From: Minisyncoccota bacterium
GTDB lineage: Bacteria; Patescibacteriota; Minisyncoccia; Phycocordibacterales; GWA1-40-21
Direction of reading: 5' to 3'
Assembly (NCBI GenBank): GCA_041656855.1
Contig: JBBACS010000003.1
Location: forward strand, 4,902-68,901
Length of the DNA stretch: 64,000 bases
Both the position numbers and the translations under genes were made by a program. Shown one piece after another: positions 34,214 through 43,281 of this stretch (the stretch's first letter is position 1; the number at the start of each line of letters is the position of its first letter). The notes below the pieces were generated by a model. The model made no database searches. It saw nothing but the letters and a program-made list of their open reading frames with translations, and had not been told where the DNA came from.

Positions 34214-34753
34214 ATGGAAAACCCAAATGTTCCAGAAGAAAAAACTTCAACAAATCTTCGCGAGAAAGTACGAGCGGTGCATTCAAGTAATCAGCGCATA
34301 ATAATTACCGTTTCGATCGATCCAAAAGATCTTAAGGAAAAGAAAGAGGTGCTCATTGAACAGTGCCATTTCAATTCCGTATCAAGCAAGATATCTAATG
34401 GATTCGAGGATACGGAGGAAATCGAAGCAAAAGTTGCAAGGATTTTCTATTTTGGAGCAAACACCCTTTCTGAAGCAGAGGTCATCGCGGTAATGAAAGC
34501 TGCTGGATGCATTCCAGGAACGCTAAAGCATTTGCTTGCAGCGATAAAAGCTGGGCTCAAATGCAAGTACATCGTGGTTGCCCTGGGCTCAAGGTATATG
34601 AACGAATATAACCTTAACCCAGCGCTCATTCCTGTAGCCACTGAGGATGCAGGTATCCAGAAAGATCTCCGGCTAGTAACTGAGGAAATGTTTGATGGGC
34701 ATTACGCGCTCATCGGAATAGAGCCAGAAACAAAAAAGGGATTGTGTGATTAA
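34214..34753 (+). CDS. hypothetical protein (orphan, strong SD, G+C-richer)
   Basis: 179 aa. SD aaaGGAGGgaaaaATG. Terminator at 34786-34814. Confidence 0.6.
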   Translation: MENPNVPEEKTSTNLREKVRAVHSSNQRIIITVSIDPKDLKEKKEVLIEQCHFNSVSSKISNGFEDTEEIEAKVARIFYFGANTLSEAEVIAVMKAAGCIPGTLKHLLAAIKAGLKCKYIVVALGSRYMNEYNLNPALIPVATEDAGIQKDLRLVTEEMFDGHYALIGIEPETKKGLCD

Positions 34754-34814
34754 AATCATACAATCCCTTTTATTTTTAAAAACTAAAGGCGAGCTTGTGA
34801 GCTCGCCTGTTTTA

Positions 34815-35084
34815 TTAATTAAATCCTGAGGATTTACTTGATCCCGATTTTTTAAGAGCGACAAATACTATCGCTTTCTTCGCTTCATCCTCATTGGAGA
34901 AAACAAATCTTATATAACCATGTGCGACCAGATCAGCTTTACCAGGTTTGGATTTGATTCCTTCCTCCCTTTCAAGATCTTTCATGTATTCAACATACTG
35001 TTTCCAGTTTTTCCCTGTCATGTCGCCACTAATGACAATTGCATTTTTTTCACCAAGAGTGACATCCGCAGTATTTCCAAGCAT
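34815..35084 (-). CDS. hypothetical small protein (orphan, strong SD)
   Basis: 89 aa. SD aAGGAGGttatcATG. Confidence 0.55.
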   Translation of the reverse strand: MLGNTADVTLGEKNAIVISGDMTGKNWKQYVEYMKDLEREEGIKSKPGKADLVAHGYIRFVFSNEDEAKKAIVFVALKKSGSSKSSGFN

Positions 35085-35250
35085 GATAACCTCCTTATAA
35101 GGTACAGTTTTAAAATCTCTGAAAATATACTACCATAATATTTTAATATTGTAAAATATTCACAAGAAATATAATAAAAAGGAGGGCTCATTTCTGAGCC
35201 CTCCTGTGTTACCCCATTATTGCCTCATCGGTATGGTGTTGTTGTCTGGC

Positions 35251-35520
35251 TTAGGGAGGCCTGAGGTCAATATTGCAATTGACCGCAGATTTTTTAAAAC
35301 TCTTACCAGCAAAAACTTCGGCAAGATATACAAAATCGTTGAAAATTCCTAGAGATAAATTGATTAAGTATTTTTCGTTATCAACTAATACAGTAAACTT
35401 AATATCATCTGTATTATTGATAATTACTTCTTTTGCATCGAAAACACCATATTGGCTGTTTTTTGATACAAAACAAAAACTTGAAAGAACTAGAACAGCC
35501 AGAAATATGAGTGTTCTCAT
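35251..35520 (-). CDS. small secreted protein, hypothetical
   Basis: 89 aa. Signal peptide MRTLIFLAVLVLSSFCF. SD aAGGAGGgtaaATG. Terminator ggagggctca-tttc-tgagccctcc at 35181-35204. Confidence 0.6.
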   Translation of the reverse strand: MRTLIFLAVLVLSSFCFVSKNSQYGVFDAKEVIINNTDDIKFTVLVDNEKYLINLSLGIFNDFVYLAEVFAGKSFKKSAVNCNIDLRPP

Positions 35521-35607
35521 TTACCCTCCTTATAATAGGTTGGTTTTATCTGATACGTAATATAACTTATTTATGGAAAAAGTCAATAAAAAAGCGCTTG
35601 ATAGATA

Positions 35608-35904
35608 TCATCCATCAGGCGCTTTTTTCGCTAACTCAAATCTTTCCATTTCATCCTTATTGGTTCCAATTCTTTCGAGGGGGAAATCTTCGTCCTGAAT
35701 CATTTTTTTGAGTGATTCAAGAGAAAATCTGTAATCATAATCATGATCGCCAATAGGACCTCTTCGCAAATTTCCCAAACATTTTTGGGCAAAAATTACC
35801 GCTCGCGATTTCTCCTTTTCTTTTAATTCAGGGTCGTCAAAAGCAAACACAACAACCAAAACAATAGAGATTATAGCCACGGTCAAAAGAATTATACTAA
35901 GCAT
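35608..35904 (-). CDS. small membrane-anchored protein, hypothetical
   Basis: 98 aa. N-terminal TM. SD ttGGAGGtttagtATG. Confidence 0.55.
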   Translation of the reverse strand: MLSIILLTVAIISIVLVVVFAFDDPELKEKEKSRAVIFAQKCLGNLRRGPIGDHDYDYRFSLESLKKMIQDEDFPLERIGTNKDEMERFELAKKAPDG

Positions 35905-35988
35905 ACTAAACCTCCAAGGTTTAAATTTTTTATTTGAGTGAACAAGCTATTATAACGTTACATCAATATATAATGCCTGTCAAACTAA

Positions 35989-36150
35989 TGTGCGCTTAGT
36001 TGGACACGCTTCGCATTCTCCCTCGACTAAAGCTTCGTCGTCACTCAGCTTTGTCTGGGCACCAGCTCATTCGTCCCGCAAGCTTGCGGGACATTATTCC
36101 GCTGTTCGATTCCAACACACAAGCAAAGCAGTTTGCTTGTTTAAGCCACA
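35989..36150 (-). ncRNA. tRNA-cognate minihelix-mimic element, Lys-type (type II)
   Basis: On the minus strand: tgtggcttaa, hairpin caagcaaa-ctgc-tttgcttg, gttggaatcgaac, agcggaat, hairpin gtcccgca-agc-ttgcgggac, gaatgagctggtgcccagac, hairpin aaagc-TGAGTGACGACGAA-gcttt, agtcgagggaga, then tccaactaagcgcaca (verbatim tRNA-Lys 3' end). ORFs 35990..36178, 36000..36251 and 36153..36365 are spurious. Confidence 0.7.
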
Positions 36151-36169
36151 AATTATTTATAAAAATTTG

Positions 36170-36242
36170 TGCGCTTAGTTGGAATCGAACCAACGACCGT
36201 CTCCTTAAAAGGGAGCTGCTCTACCGACTGAGCTATAAGCGC
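36170..36242 (-). tRNA. tRNA-Lys (UUU)
   Basis: gcgctta acceptor, D-arm gctc-agtcggta-gagc, anticodon loop ctTTTaa, T-arm gttgg-ttcgatt-ccaac. Confidence 0.9.
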
Positions 36243-36288
36243 ATCAATTAACCGAGAAAATATAACAAGTTTTTTGCAAAATGTCCAA

Positions 36289-37032
36289 TTATAATTCCAA
36301 AATAAATTTCTCCAGTGCAATGAAAAAATCAATATTCCCTCTATGTGCCTCATGATACATCTCAATAAGCTCTGAAGACATTTTTTCTAGCTCACCATCT
36401 TTATAATTTCTTGAATATCCTCTAGATTTTTCAAATGGAAATGGCTTCATGTTTGCTTCACTTGGTGTCTTACATTTTTTAGCAAGCAACATACTTTTTA
36501 CCTGCCAGAAAAATATTCCGTGAACTTCTTCGGCTGGCACCTGTTCAGCGAGAGCGTCTTGATACAGTACCCACAATCCCCTTTTATCTCTTCTACCGAG
36601 AGCATCCGCAAACTCAAAAAAATCTATTTTTTCTCCTATTAAAGCTAATTTTTCTTTTTTATTTAAAGCTTTTGCTGGTTTCTCAAAATCTTGAACTTTT
36701 TCTGCATGCTTTTCTACTTTTGTAAGAGCTGTTTTGTCCATTTTCCCTTCTGCAAAAATAAAAATATTATCAGAACTAGCTAGCTCTTTGAGGTTTTTTA
36801 AAATTAATTCTTTATTTTCTTTGTTATCAAAAGTTTTGTATAAAAATACGATATATTTACTGGAAAAAAGAGCCTGCCCACTTGAAAGTTCTAATATTTT
36901 ATCCAAAGTTAAATCTTCGTCTCCTATTTTGATAAGGGTCGCATCCGGTTTTTTTGAAAGCAAAGAGTCAACGGTAATTTTCGCCTTTTTTCTTGCAGAT
37001 TCTGTATCTGTTCCATAATAAAAATAAATCAT
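36289..37032 (-). CDS. holA: DNA polymerase III delta subunit (HolA)-like
   Basis: MIYFYYGTDTESARKKAKITVDSL...LFSSKYIVFLYK...NIFIFAEGKMDK fits the clamp-loader delta N-terminal pattern. It is shorter than typical HolA. Confidence 0.55.
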   Translation of the reverse strand: MIYFYYGTDTESARKKAKITVDSLLSKKPDATLIKIGDEDLTLDKILELSSGQALFSSKYIVFLYKTFDNKENKELILKNLKELASSDNIFIFAEGKMDKTALTKVEKHAEKVQDFEKPAKALNKKEKLALIGEKIDFFEFADALGRRDKRGLWVLYQDALAEQVPAEEVHGIFFWQVKSMLLAKKCKTPSEANMKPFPFEKSRGYSRNYKDGELEKMSSELIEMYHEAHRGNIDFFIALEKFILEL

Positions 37033-37106
37033 TATTTAAATGATATAGTTTAAACACTCAAAAGTCCAACTATGCAATTATAAGCAAAATTGCTAATATT
37101 AAATAT

Positions 37107-37493
37107 ATGAACAAAGATAATTTTTTAGATCCAGCAGAAAATCCAAAAGATCCACAAGATATAATGACAGATAAGATTATCAAAGCACACTTAGGAAAGG
37201 ATGATGAGGCTTTAACTATAAATATAAACGACTATATAGCTATGCTGACAATAGCAGCTGCAAATGAAAAAGACAGTAAGAAAATAGATACCGAAAATCT
37301 AATAAAAATATTGGGTTATTTAAGGGATAAATATAAAGCAGAAACAGCATATAAAGCACTACAGATTATTAAAGAAAAGAAAGTACCCATAAATATTATT
37401 GGATTGTGGATTGAAGAGCACATGATTTCTGAGGGAGATATGCTTGATGCTATAAAAGAGGGGTATCCAGAATTGGTATCATCCAAAAAATAA
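37107..37493 (+). CDS. hypothetical protein
   Basis: 128-aa ORF, acidic/helical. It ends 1 nt before the convergent rsmE stop. Confidence 0.5.
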   Translation: MNKDNFLDPAENPKDPQDIMTDKIIKAHLGKDDEALTININDYIAMLTIAAANEKDSKKIDTENLIKILGYLRDKYKAETAYKALQIIKEKKVPINIIGLWIEEHMISEGDMLDAIKEGYPELVSSKK

Positions 37494-38180
37494 TTATTTC
37501 AAAAGTATTAGAGCACTCACCACAATTGCTGCGGTTTCAGCTCTTAAAATTTGAGGCCCAAGAGAAATATTTTTTATTTCTTTATCATCAAACAAATCTC
37601 TTTCATTTTCTGTCCAACCACCTTCAGGACCGATCAAAATCCCGATTTTATCGCCGAATTTTTCTTCGGAAAAATTCGGCGCATCAAAATCAAGAACAAA
37701 AAGTTTTCCGTCAAAGTCAGAAATGACTTTTTCTAAAGATTCTGGACTAAAAATTTCAGGCGGTCTTGTTTTTCCCGATTGTTCGGCCGCTTCTTTTGCA
37801 ATTTTATTTAATCTTTCAATATTCAAATCTTTTTTCTCGCTTCGCGCAGTTATTATCGGATGAAATGCAGATACTCCTATTTCAGTTCCCTTTTCAACTA
37901 TAAGTTCAAAATTATCTTTTTTTATTATTGACTGAAAAATATGAAGTTCAATATTTGTTGGTTTTTTTACTTTTCTTTCCTTATCTATCGTAAGTACTGC
38001 TTCATTTTTTGAAAGAATTTTAAAATATCCTTCATATTCAGAATCGCCTCCATTAAAAACAATCACCCTGTCGCTAGCTCCAAGTCTAAAAACCTTTAGC
38101 CATTGATGTAGTAGCTCTTTGTCTTCTATTCGGACTTCCTTGCCTATCTGCCCAGGTATATAAAATCTATGTAATCGCAT
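37494..38180 (-). CDS. rsmE: 16S rRNA (uracil1498-N3)-methyltransferase RsmE
   Basis: [39 protein letters not shown] and [11 protein letters not shown]. Confidence 0.9.
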   Translation of the reverse strand: MRLHRFYIPGQIGKEVRIEDKELLHQWLKVFRLGASDRVIVFNGGDSEYEGYFKILSKNEAVLTIDKERKVKKPTNIELHIFQSIIKKDNFELIVEKGTEIGVSAFHPIITARSEKKDLNIERLNKIAKEAAEQSGKTRPPEIFSPESLEKVISDFDGKLFVLDFDAPNFSEEKFGDKIGILIGPEGGWTENERDLFDDKEIKNISLGPQILRAETAAIVVSALILLK

Positions 38181-38263
38181 GGAATGAGTATATAATATTT
38201 AGTATAAAGTATATAGTATTAAAAAGTTGCTTAACCTACGATTTTATTATATCTTTACTACAT

Positions 38264-38836
38264 ATGAATTTAATACCAACAGTTATAGAAAAATCACAGT
38301 TTGGTGAAAGAGCATACGACATATATTCACGACTTTTAAAAGAAAGAATAATTTTTATGAGTGGCGAGATTGATGATGACACAACGAATATAGTCATTGC
38401 TCAATTACTATTTTTACAATCTGAAGATCCTAAAAAAGAAATAAAAATATATATTAATTCACCAGGAGGACTCGTTACGGGAACTTTGGCAATAATTGAT
38501 ACGATGAATCATATTAAATGTGATGTTTCTACAGTTTGTATTGGACTTGCGGCTTCAGGCGCAGCATGGCTTCTATCTGCCGGGACAAAAGGTAAAAGAT
38601 ATATACTTCCAAATGCAGAAGTTATGATTCACCAACCACTTGGAGGTGCTCAGGGACAAGTTTCAGATATTGAAATAAGAACAAAACATTTATTAAGAAT
38701 GAGAGATACATTATCAAAGATGATGGCAAAAAATACTAGTCAACCACTCTCAAAAATAGAAAAAGATATTGACCGTGATTTCTATATGTCTGCTGAAGAA
38801 GCTAAAAAGTACGGAATTGTAGACAAAATCCTATAA
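38264..38836 (+). CDS. clpP: ATP-dependent Clp protease proteolytic subunit ClpP
   Basis: [31 protein letters not shown] and MIHQPLGG. Confidence 0.95.
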   Translation: MNLIPTVIEKSQFGERAYDIYSRLLKERIIFMSGEIDDDTTNIVIAQLLFLQSEDPKKEIKIYINSPGGLVTGTLAIIDTMNHIKCDVSTVCIGLAASGAAWLLSAGTKGKRYILPNAEVMIHQPLGGAQGQVSDIEIRTKHLLRMRDTLSKMMAKNTSQPLSKIEKDIDRDFYMSAEEAKKYGIVDKIL

Positions 38837-38888
38837 AATAAAAAAAGATGGGTTCGCAAAGCGAACCCGTCTTTTTTTTAATTATATT

Positions 38889-39389
38889 TTAGTTTGCAAT
38901 ATCTACTGCACGAGCAACATGGATATTTTCTGTCTTTGGTCTAAGTCCTTCAGAACCAGTAGCAAAATCTAGTGTCTGTGCGTCATTATCTAAACCTTCA
39001 GAGCTTGACCAGTAAGATTTACCATCAAAACCCTCAACCTTATTAGAATAAGCATATCTTAATTCTTCTATAGTAGGCAATCTTCCACCTTTTTCTTTAC
39101 ACCATCTTTGGGCTTCATTAAAAGACATCTCTTTTGAAGTTTCTGGAGAAAACATTACTTCTATTGCTTCTTGAGATTTTCCTTCTTTCATACGTTCTAT
39201 AATAGAAGCTTCATCTTCTCTTGGTAATCTTATAAAAGAACCTTCTCCTGGCTCTCCTCTTATTTCAGTTTCGGATGCGCTCTTCACAGCCTTTGCCATA
39301 TTAGAAAGTTGAGCATTCTTTTTTGCCTCTTCAGCATTTAGCTGTTCTACTGCTTCATCTAATGATGGAAATCCTTCTGGTGAGTTCAT
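38889..39389 (-). CDS. hypothetical protein with C-terminal DUF1566 (Lcl C-terminal)-like domain
   Basis: MSFNEAQRWCKEKGGRLPTIEELRYAY....YWSSSE. Confidence 0.5.
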   Translation of the reverse strand: MNSPEGFPSLDEAVEQLNAEEAKKNAQLSNMAKAVKSASETEIRGEPGEGSFIRLPREDEASIIERMKEGKSQEAIEVMFSPETSKEMSFNEAQRWCKEKGGRLPTIEELRYAYSNKVEGFDGKSYWSSSEGLDNDAQTLDFATGSEGLRPKTENIHVARAVDIAN

Positions 39390-39700
39390 ATATTTATTTA
39401 ATTAGTTTATTAATTTAAGTTATTTTTACCTCTATATTCTACTCTTTTTTAAAAAATTTGTCAATACCCAAGGTTTTAGAGCTAAAAATGACCTTATTTG
39501 TACATTATAAAAGTAATAGACAAAAAGAGCAAATTACTATACTATAAGAATGTTAATAATTTAATTTTAAAGGGATTCAGTTTTTAAAGATTTTCACATA
39601 AAGCAATATGTTATTCCAAACAATTAGTGTTCTAAACAGTCAGCAAACTGCATAAAGCTAGAAAAAAGTCGAGAAAAGACGGAGTCTTTTTCACAATAAT

Positions 39701-41230
39701 ATGTCATTAAAAATAGTCGTTCTGATCGCAAGCATTGCCGGTCTTGTTGGTATTGCGCTCGGATATTTTCTAAGACTCATTATTTCTCTCGGACAAAAAG
39801 GTTCTTTGGAACTTCAAGTCAGACAGATGATGTTGAGCGCTGAGGAAAAAGCGAAAAAAGTCATTATTGAAGCAGAGACAAAATCTGTAGAAATATTGAA
39901 TGAAACCAAAAAAGATGCAAAAGAAAAAGAAGAAAAGTTTAAAGTTACTGAAGACAGATTGGTTAAAAAAGAAGGACTTCTAGACCAAAGACAGCTTGGT
40001 CTTGATAAAGAAGAAAATAATATCAAACAAAAGCTTGTTGAAGTTAAAGAAGCAAAAGAAAAAGTAGAAAAAATTGAGGAGCAAAAAAATGCTGAACTTT
40101 TAACTATTGCAAAAATGTCTGAGGAAGATGCAAAGAATAGTCTCATGTCATCCATGGAAAAAAAATATGAGGATGATATTTTAGGAAGAATGACAAAATT
40201 AGAAAATGAGGGAGAAGAAAGACTAGAACACAGAGCAAAAGAAATACTTGCCACTTCTATACAAAGACTTTCTACTTCAGTTGCCCCAGATATTATGTCC
40301 ACAATATTGAGCATTCCTTCAGATGAAATGAAAGGGAAAATTATCGGAAAAGAAGGAAAAAATATTAAAGCTTTTGAGAGAGTTACCGGTGTTGAAGTGA
40401 TTGTAGATGATTCTCCAGGAATTATTACGATTTCTTCTTTTGATCCTATTAGAAGACAAGTTGCGAGAGTTGCTCTTGAAAATTTGCTTCTTGATGGAAG
40501 AATTCAACCAGCAAAAATAGAAAAAATAGTAGAAAAAGCTCAGCTAGATATAAATAAAATCATAAAAGATAAAGGTGAACAAGCTGCATATGAATGCGGG
40601 GTTATTGGTCTTGACCCTAGAGTTATCGCTATTCTTGGAAGATTACATTTCAGAACAAGTTATGGACAAAATGTTCTTCAACACTCTATCGAAATGTCAT
40701 TACTTGCAGGAATGATTGCTGAGGAGCTCGGTGCAAACGTACAGATAGCAAAGACAGCTGCCCTAGTTCACGATATTGGAAAAGCACTTGACCATGAAGT
40801 TTCAGGAACCCACGTAGAAATAGGTAAAAGAATCCTACAAAAATTTGGAGTAAATGAAGCGGTGATAAAAGCTATGCAATCCCACCATGAGGAATATCCT
40901 TATGAGAGCGTTGAGGCTATTATCGTTCAAGTTGCCGACACAATCTCAGGCGGAAGACCAGGTGCAAGAAGTGATAGCATAGAAAACTACATAAAAAGAT
41001 TGCAAGAACTTGAAGCTACAGCAAATTCATTTTCAGGCGTTGAAAAATCATATGCTTTGCAAGCAGGAAGAGAGATTAGAGTATTCGTTACTCCAGATCA
41101 GATTTCAGACCTAGATGCTAAAAAAATGGCTAGAGATATAGCTGATAAAATAGAATCAGACCTTAAATATCCTGGTGAAATAAAGGTTACTTTGATTAGA
41201 GAAAATAGAATTATTGAATACGCAAGGTAA
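39701..41230 (+). CDS. rny: ribonuclease Y
   Basis: N-terminal TM, long coiled coil, KH domain (MKGKIIGKEGKNIKAFE) and HD domain (LHDIGKALDHE...HH). Confidence 0.95.
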   Translation: MSLKIVVLIASIAGLVGIALGYFLRLIISLGQKGSLELQVRQMMLSAEEKAKKVIIEAETKSVEILNETKKDAKEKEEKFKVTEDRLVKKEGLLDQRQLGLDKEENNIKQKLVEVKEAKEKVEKIEEQKNAELLTIAKMSEEDAKNSLMSSMEKKYEDDILGRMTKLENEGEERLEHRAKEILATSIQRLSTSVAPDIMSTILSIPSDEMKGKIIGKEGKNIKAFERVTGVEVIVDDSPGIITISSFDPIRRQVARVALENLLLDGRIQPAKIEKIVEKAQLDINKIIKDKGEQAAYECGVIGLDPRVIAILGRLHFRTSYGQNVLQHSIEMSLLAGMIAEELGANVQIAKTAALVHDIGKALDHEVSGTHVEIGKRILQKFGVNEAVIKAMQSHHEEYPYESVEAIIVQVADTISGGRPGARSDSIENYIKRLQELEATANSFSGVEKSYALQAGREIRVFVTPDQISDLDAKKMARDIADKIESDLKYPGEIKVTLIRENRIIEYAR

Positions 41231-41475
41231 ACAGAAGATAGTAGTTAGAATATAGGATACAGTATAAAAAATACGGCAAAATGCCGTATTTTTTATTTAA
41301 TACTACATACTATATTCTAAATTCTGTATACTATTTAGCCCTGTTGCGCTAAAAAAACGTTGTATTATAATACTATCCAGGTCATCAAACCTTCCTGTTG
41401 TGTAAAGAAAGCACACGGAAGTTTTAAAAGCTTCGCGCATCCAGACCTGATACGCGAAATAATTTGCAAATTATT

Positions 41476-41748
41476 ATGAATAAAGCAGGTATTGTAGACG
41501 CTGTACAAGGAGTTCTAGGAGGAACAAAGGTACAAGCAGAGCAGGTCGTTGATATGGTTTTTGATTCTATTGTAAACAGCTTGAAGAAAGGAGAAGAGGT
41601 ATCAATAGCAGGAATTGGTATATTCTCAGTTAAACAAAGAGCTGCTAGACAAGCTAGAAACCCAAGAACTGGAGAAACTATCCAAGTCAAGGCTATGAAG
41701 GTTCCAAAATTCAGAGCAGCAAAAGCTTTGAAAGATGCAGTTAAGTAA
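41476..41748 (+). CDS. hup: HU-family DNA-binding protein
   Basis: MNKAGIVDAV...ISIAGIGIFSVKQRAARQARNPRTGETIQVKAMKVPKFRAAKALKDAV. ATG at 41476 because the track start is a TTG. Confidence 0.95.
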   Translation: MNKAGIVDAVQGVLGGTKVQAEQVVDMVFDSIVNSLKKGEEVSIAGIGIFSVKQRAARQARNPRTGETIQVKAMKVPKFRAAKALKDAVK

Positions 41749-41838
41749 TTTTGAATAAAAATTCTTAAGAATTAAAAAATCGCCCTCTAGGCGATTTTTT
41801 AATAAACAAAAAAAGGATTCTAAATTAATAGAATCCTT

Positions 41839-42048
41839 TTATGACGTGCTTATGCAAAAGATGTTATTGCCTGGTATCTCAAAAAACATCATTTTGCCCT
41901 GTTTCTTCTTGAACTCATCTGAATCCATGCGGACTATTTTCAGTCCATTAGAATCAGGTATTTCCATTTCGTTTGTTCCCGGGGTCATATCTTTCAAAAG
42001 TTTTTCCGCTTTTAAAAGAAGACTCTGCGTAATTGTTTCTTTTACCAT
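41839..42048 (-). CDS. hypothetical small protein downstream of the kinase
   Basis: 69 aa from the ATG at 42048. SD aaaGAGGTGaataacATG. Terminator hairpin at 41811-41840. Confidence 0.5.
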   Translation of the reverse strand: MVKETITQSLLLKAEKLLKDMTPGTNEMEIPDSNGLKIVRMDSDEFKKKQGKMMFFEIPGNNIFCISTS

Positions 42049-42098
42049 GTTATTCACCTCTTTTTTTATTATTGTACAACTAATAAGACAATACCAAA

Positions 42099-42800
42099 TT
42101 ATTTATGACTTGTCAATATGTGCTTTCTTATCATATTACATACGTCTATTAAATTCTCATTATCATTTGTAAGCAATGTCGGTTTTTTTGATCCTCTTTC
42201 TTGTATATAAGGATTCTCATCGCCAAAACTTTGAGTAGATGCACCAAAATCAATAACATAGGGATCACCTGTAGTTTTATGTATCATGATGTTGGCTTGA
42301 CTAAGATCTCTATGATATATATTTTTCTTGTGCATTTTTTCAAGAAAAACAGAAACTTTCTTCCTAAATGTATCAATACTGAAACCTGGAGGGAAACTCC
42401 CTATTCCTTCTAAAATATCTCTTATACTATAGCCGTCAATGCGCTCCATTAGTATAAATTTTGTTCCGTCTTTGTCTTCTTCATTTTTATAATATTCAGC
42501 TGAAATATATGGCTTTGGTGTTCGAACGCTATCATCCAAATTATCCAAGTCGTTCATTATATCTACCTCCCTTTCAACATAATTATGAAAATCCGCAGTA
42601 ATATCCTTTTCTTGTTTCAAAATTTTTAAACAAATTTCTTCATTTGAACCTAGAAAATACACAATAGCGGTGGACCCTTCTCCTATTTTATTTTTCGTTT
42701 CTTCTAAAAGCTTCTCAATAATTTCTTTGTTATTTTCATAGAAACTTTTAATTTTTTCATTTTTTTCAAATGCCGCTGTTGGTATTTCGTTTTTAAACAT
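42099..42800 (-). CDS. eukaryotic-like protein kinase domain protein (soluble, stand-alone)
   Basis: GEGSTAIVYF (G-loop), CLKILK (VAIK-like Lys), IYHRDLSQANIMI (HRD catalytic loop) and VIDFGAS (DFG). Confidence 0.8.
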   Translation of the reverse strand: MFKNEIPTAAFEKNEKIKSFYENNKEIIEKLLEETKNKIGEGSTAIVYFLGSNEEICLKILKQEKDITADFHNYVEREVDIMNDLDNLDDSVRTPKPYISAEYYKNEEDKDGTKFILMERIDGYSIRDILEGIGSFPPGFSIDTFRKKVSVFLEKMHKKNIYHRDLSQANIMIHKTTGDPYVIDFGASTQSFGDENPYIQERGSKKPTLLTNDNENLIDVCNMIRKHILTSHK

Positions 42801-42892
42801 ATTTAAATCTTAACACAAAAAATATAGATTGAAACCCAAAAGGTTGATTCCACCTAATATTTCTGCTAATATTACAACGTTCCTTTATAAAT

Positions 42893-42963
42893 GCGGGCAT
42901 AGTTTAGTGGTAAAACAACAGTTTTCCAAACTGTGGTTGGGTGTTCGATTCACCCTGCCCGCA
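42893..42963 (+). tRNA. tRNA-Gly (UCC)
   Basis: gcgggca acceptor, D-arm gttt-agtggta-aaac, anticodon arm acagt-ttTCCaa-actgt, T-arm gggtg-ttcgatt-caccc. No mimic element follows it. Confidence 0.9.
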
Positions 42964-42966
42964 CAA

Positions 42967-43281
42967 TTATTTCGCCAATTTTTTTGTCACGGCAACCGCA
43001 GCATCAAAATTATCATTTTTCTCCAAACTTTGTCTTTTTTGAAATCCACATTTCACACATTTGTGATTTATTATGTATTTATTTTTTTCAAAATCTATTT
43101 TTACTGGCTCCATCATCCCCCCACAGTTCGCCGCTCTATCTCCAGGATTTATATCTACGTGTTTGCTCCATAAGCATTTGCAACAATGATTTGTAAAACC
43201 AGTACCAATATTTTTGGCTCCGCATTTTTCACAATCAAAATCTTCAATTCTTCTTGTAAATTTTTTAGGTTGGTTAACCAT
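42967..43281 (-). CDS. RNHCP domain zinc-ribbon protein
   Basis: FDCEKCGAKNIGTGFTNHCCKCLWSKHVD...HKCVKCGF. Confidence 0.75.
   Translation of the reverse strand: MVNQPKKFTRRIEDFDCEKCGAKNIGTGFTNHCCKCLWSKHVDINPGDRAANCGGMMEPVKIDFEKNKYIINHKCVKCGFQKRQSLEKNDNFDAAVAVTKKLAK

Noticed and set aside
39473-39484. GTTTTAGAGCTA, the first 12 nt of the classic type II-A Cas9 CRISPR repeat/sgRNA scaffold, upstream of rny
   Set aside because: It is a single occurrence with no repeat-spacer periodicity around it. No cas genes are in the window and the match stops after 12 nt. A chance hit in A+T-rich sequence.
39814-40314. Long antisense ORFs inside well-supported genes, for example 39814..40314 in rny, 50090..50614 in xerC, 55422..55949, 57244..57738, 61166..61561, 18776..19168, and 63491..63898 and 63272..63457 opposite the PG-binding gene
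   Set aside because: These are shadow ORFs typical of A+T-rich or biased-codon genes. The opposite strand has clear family signatures, and the translations are Ser/Phe/Ile-rich nonsense.
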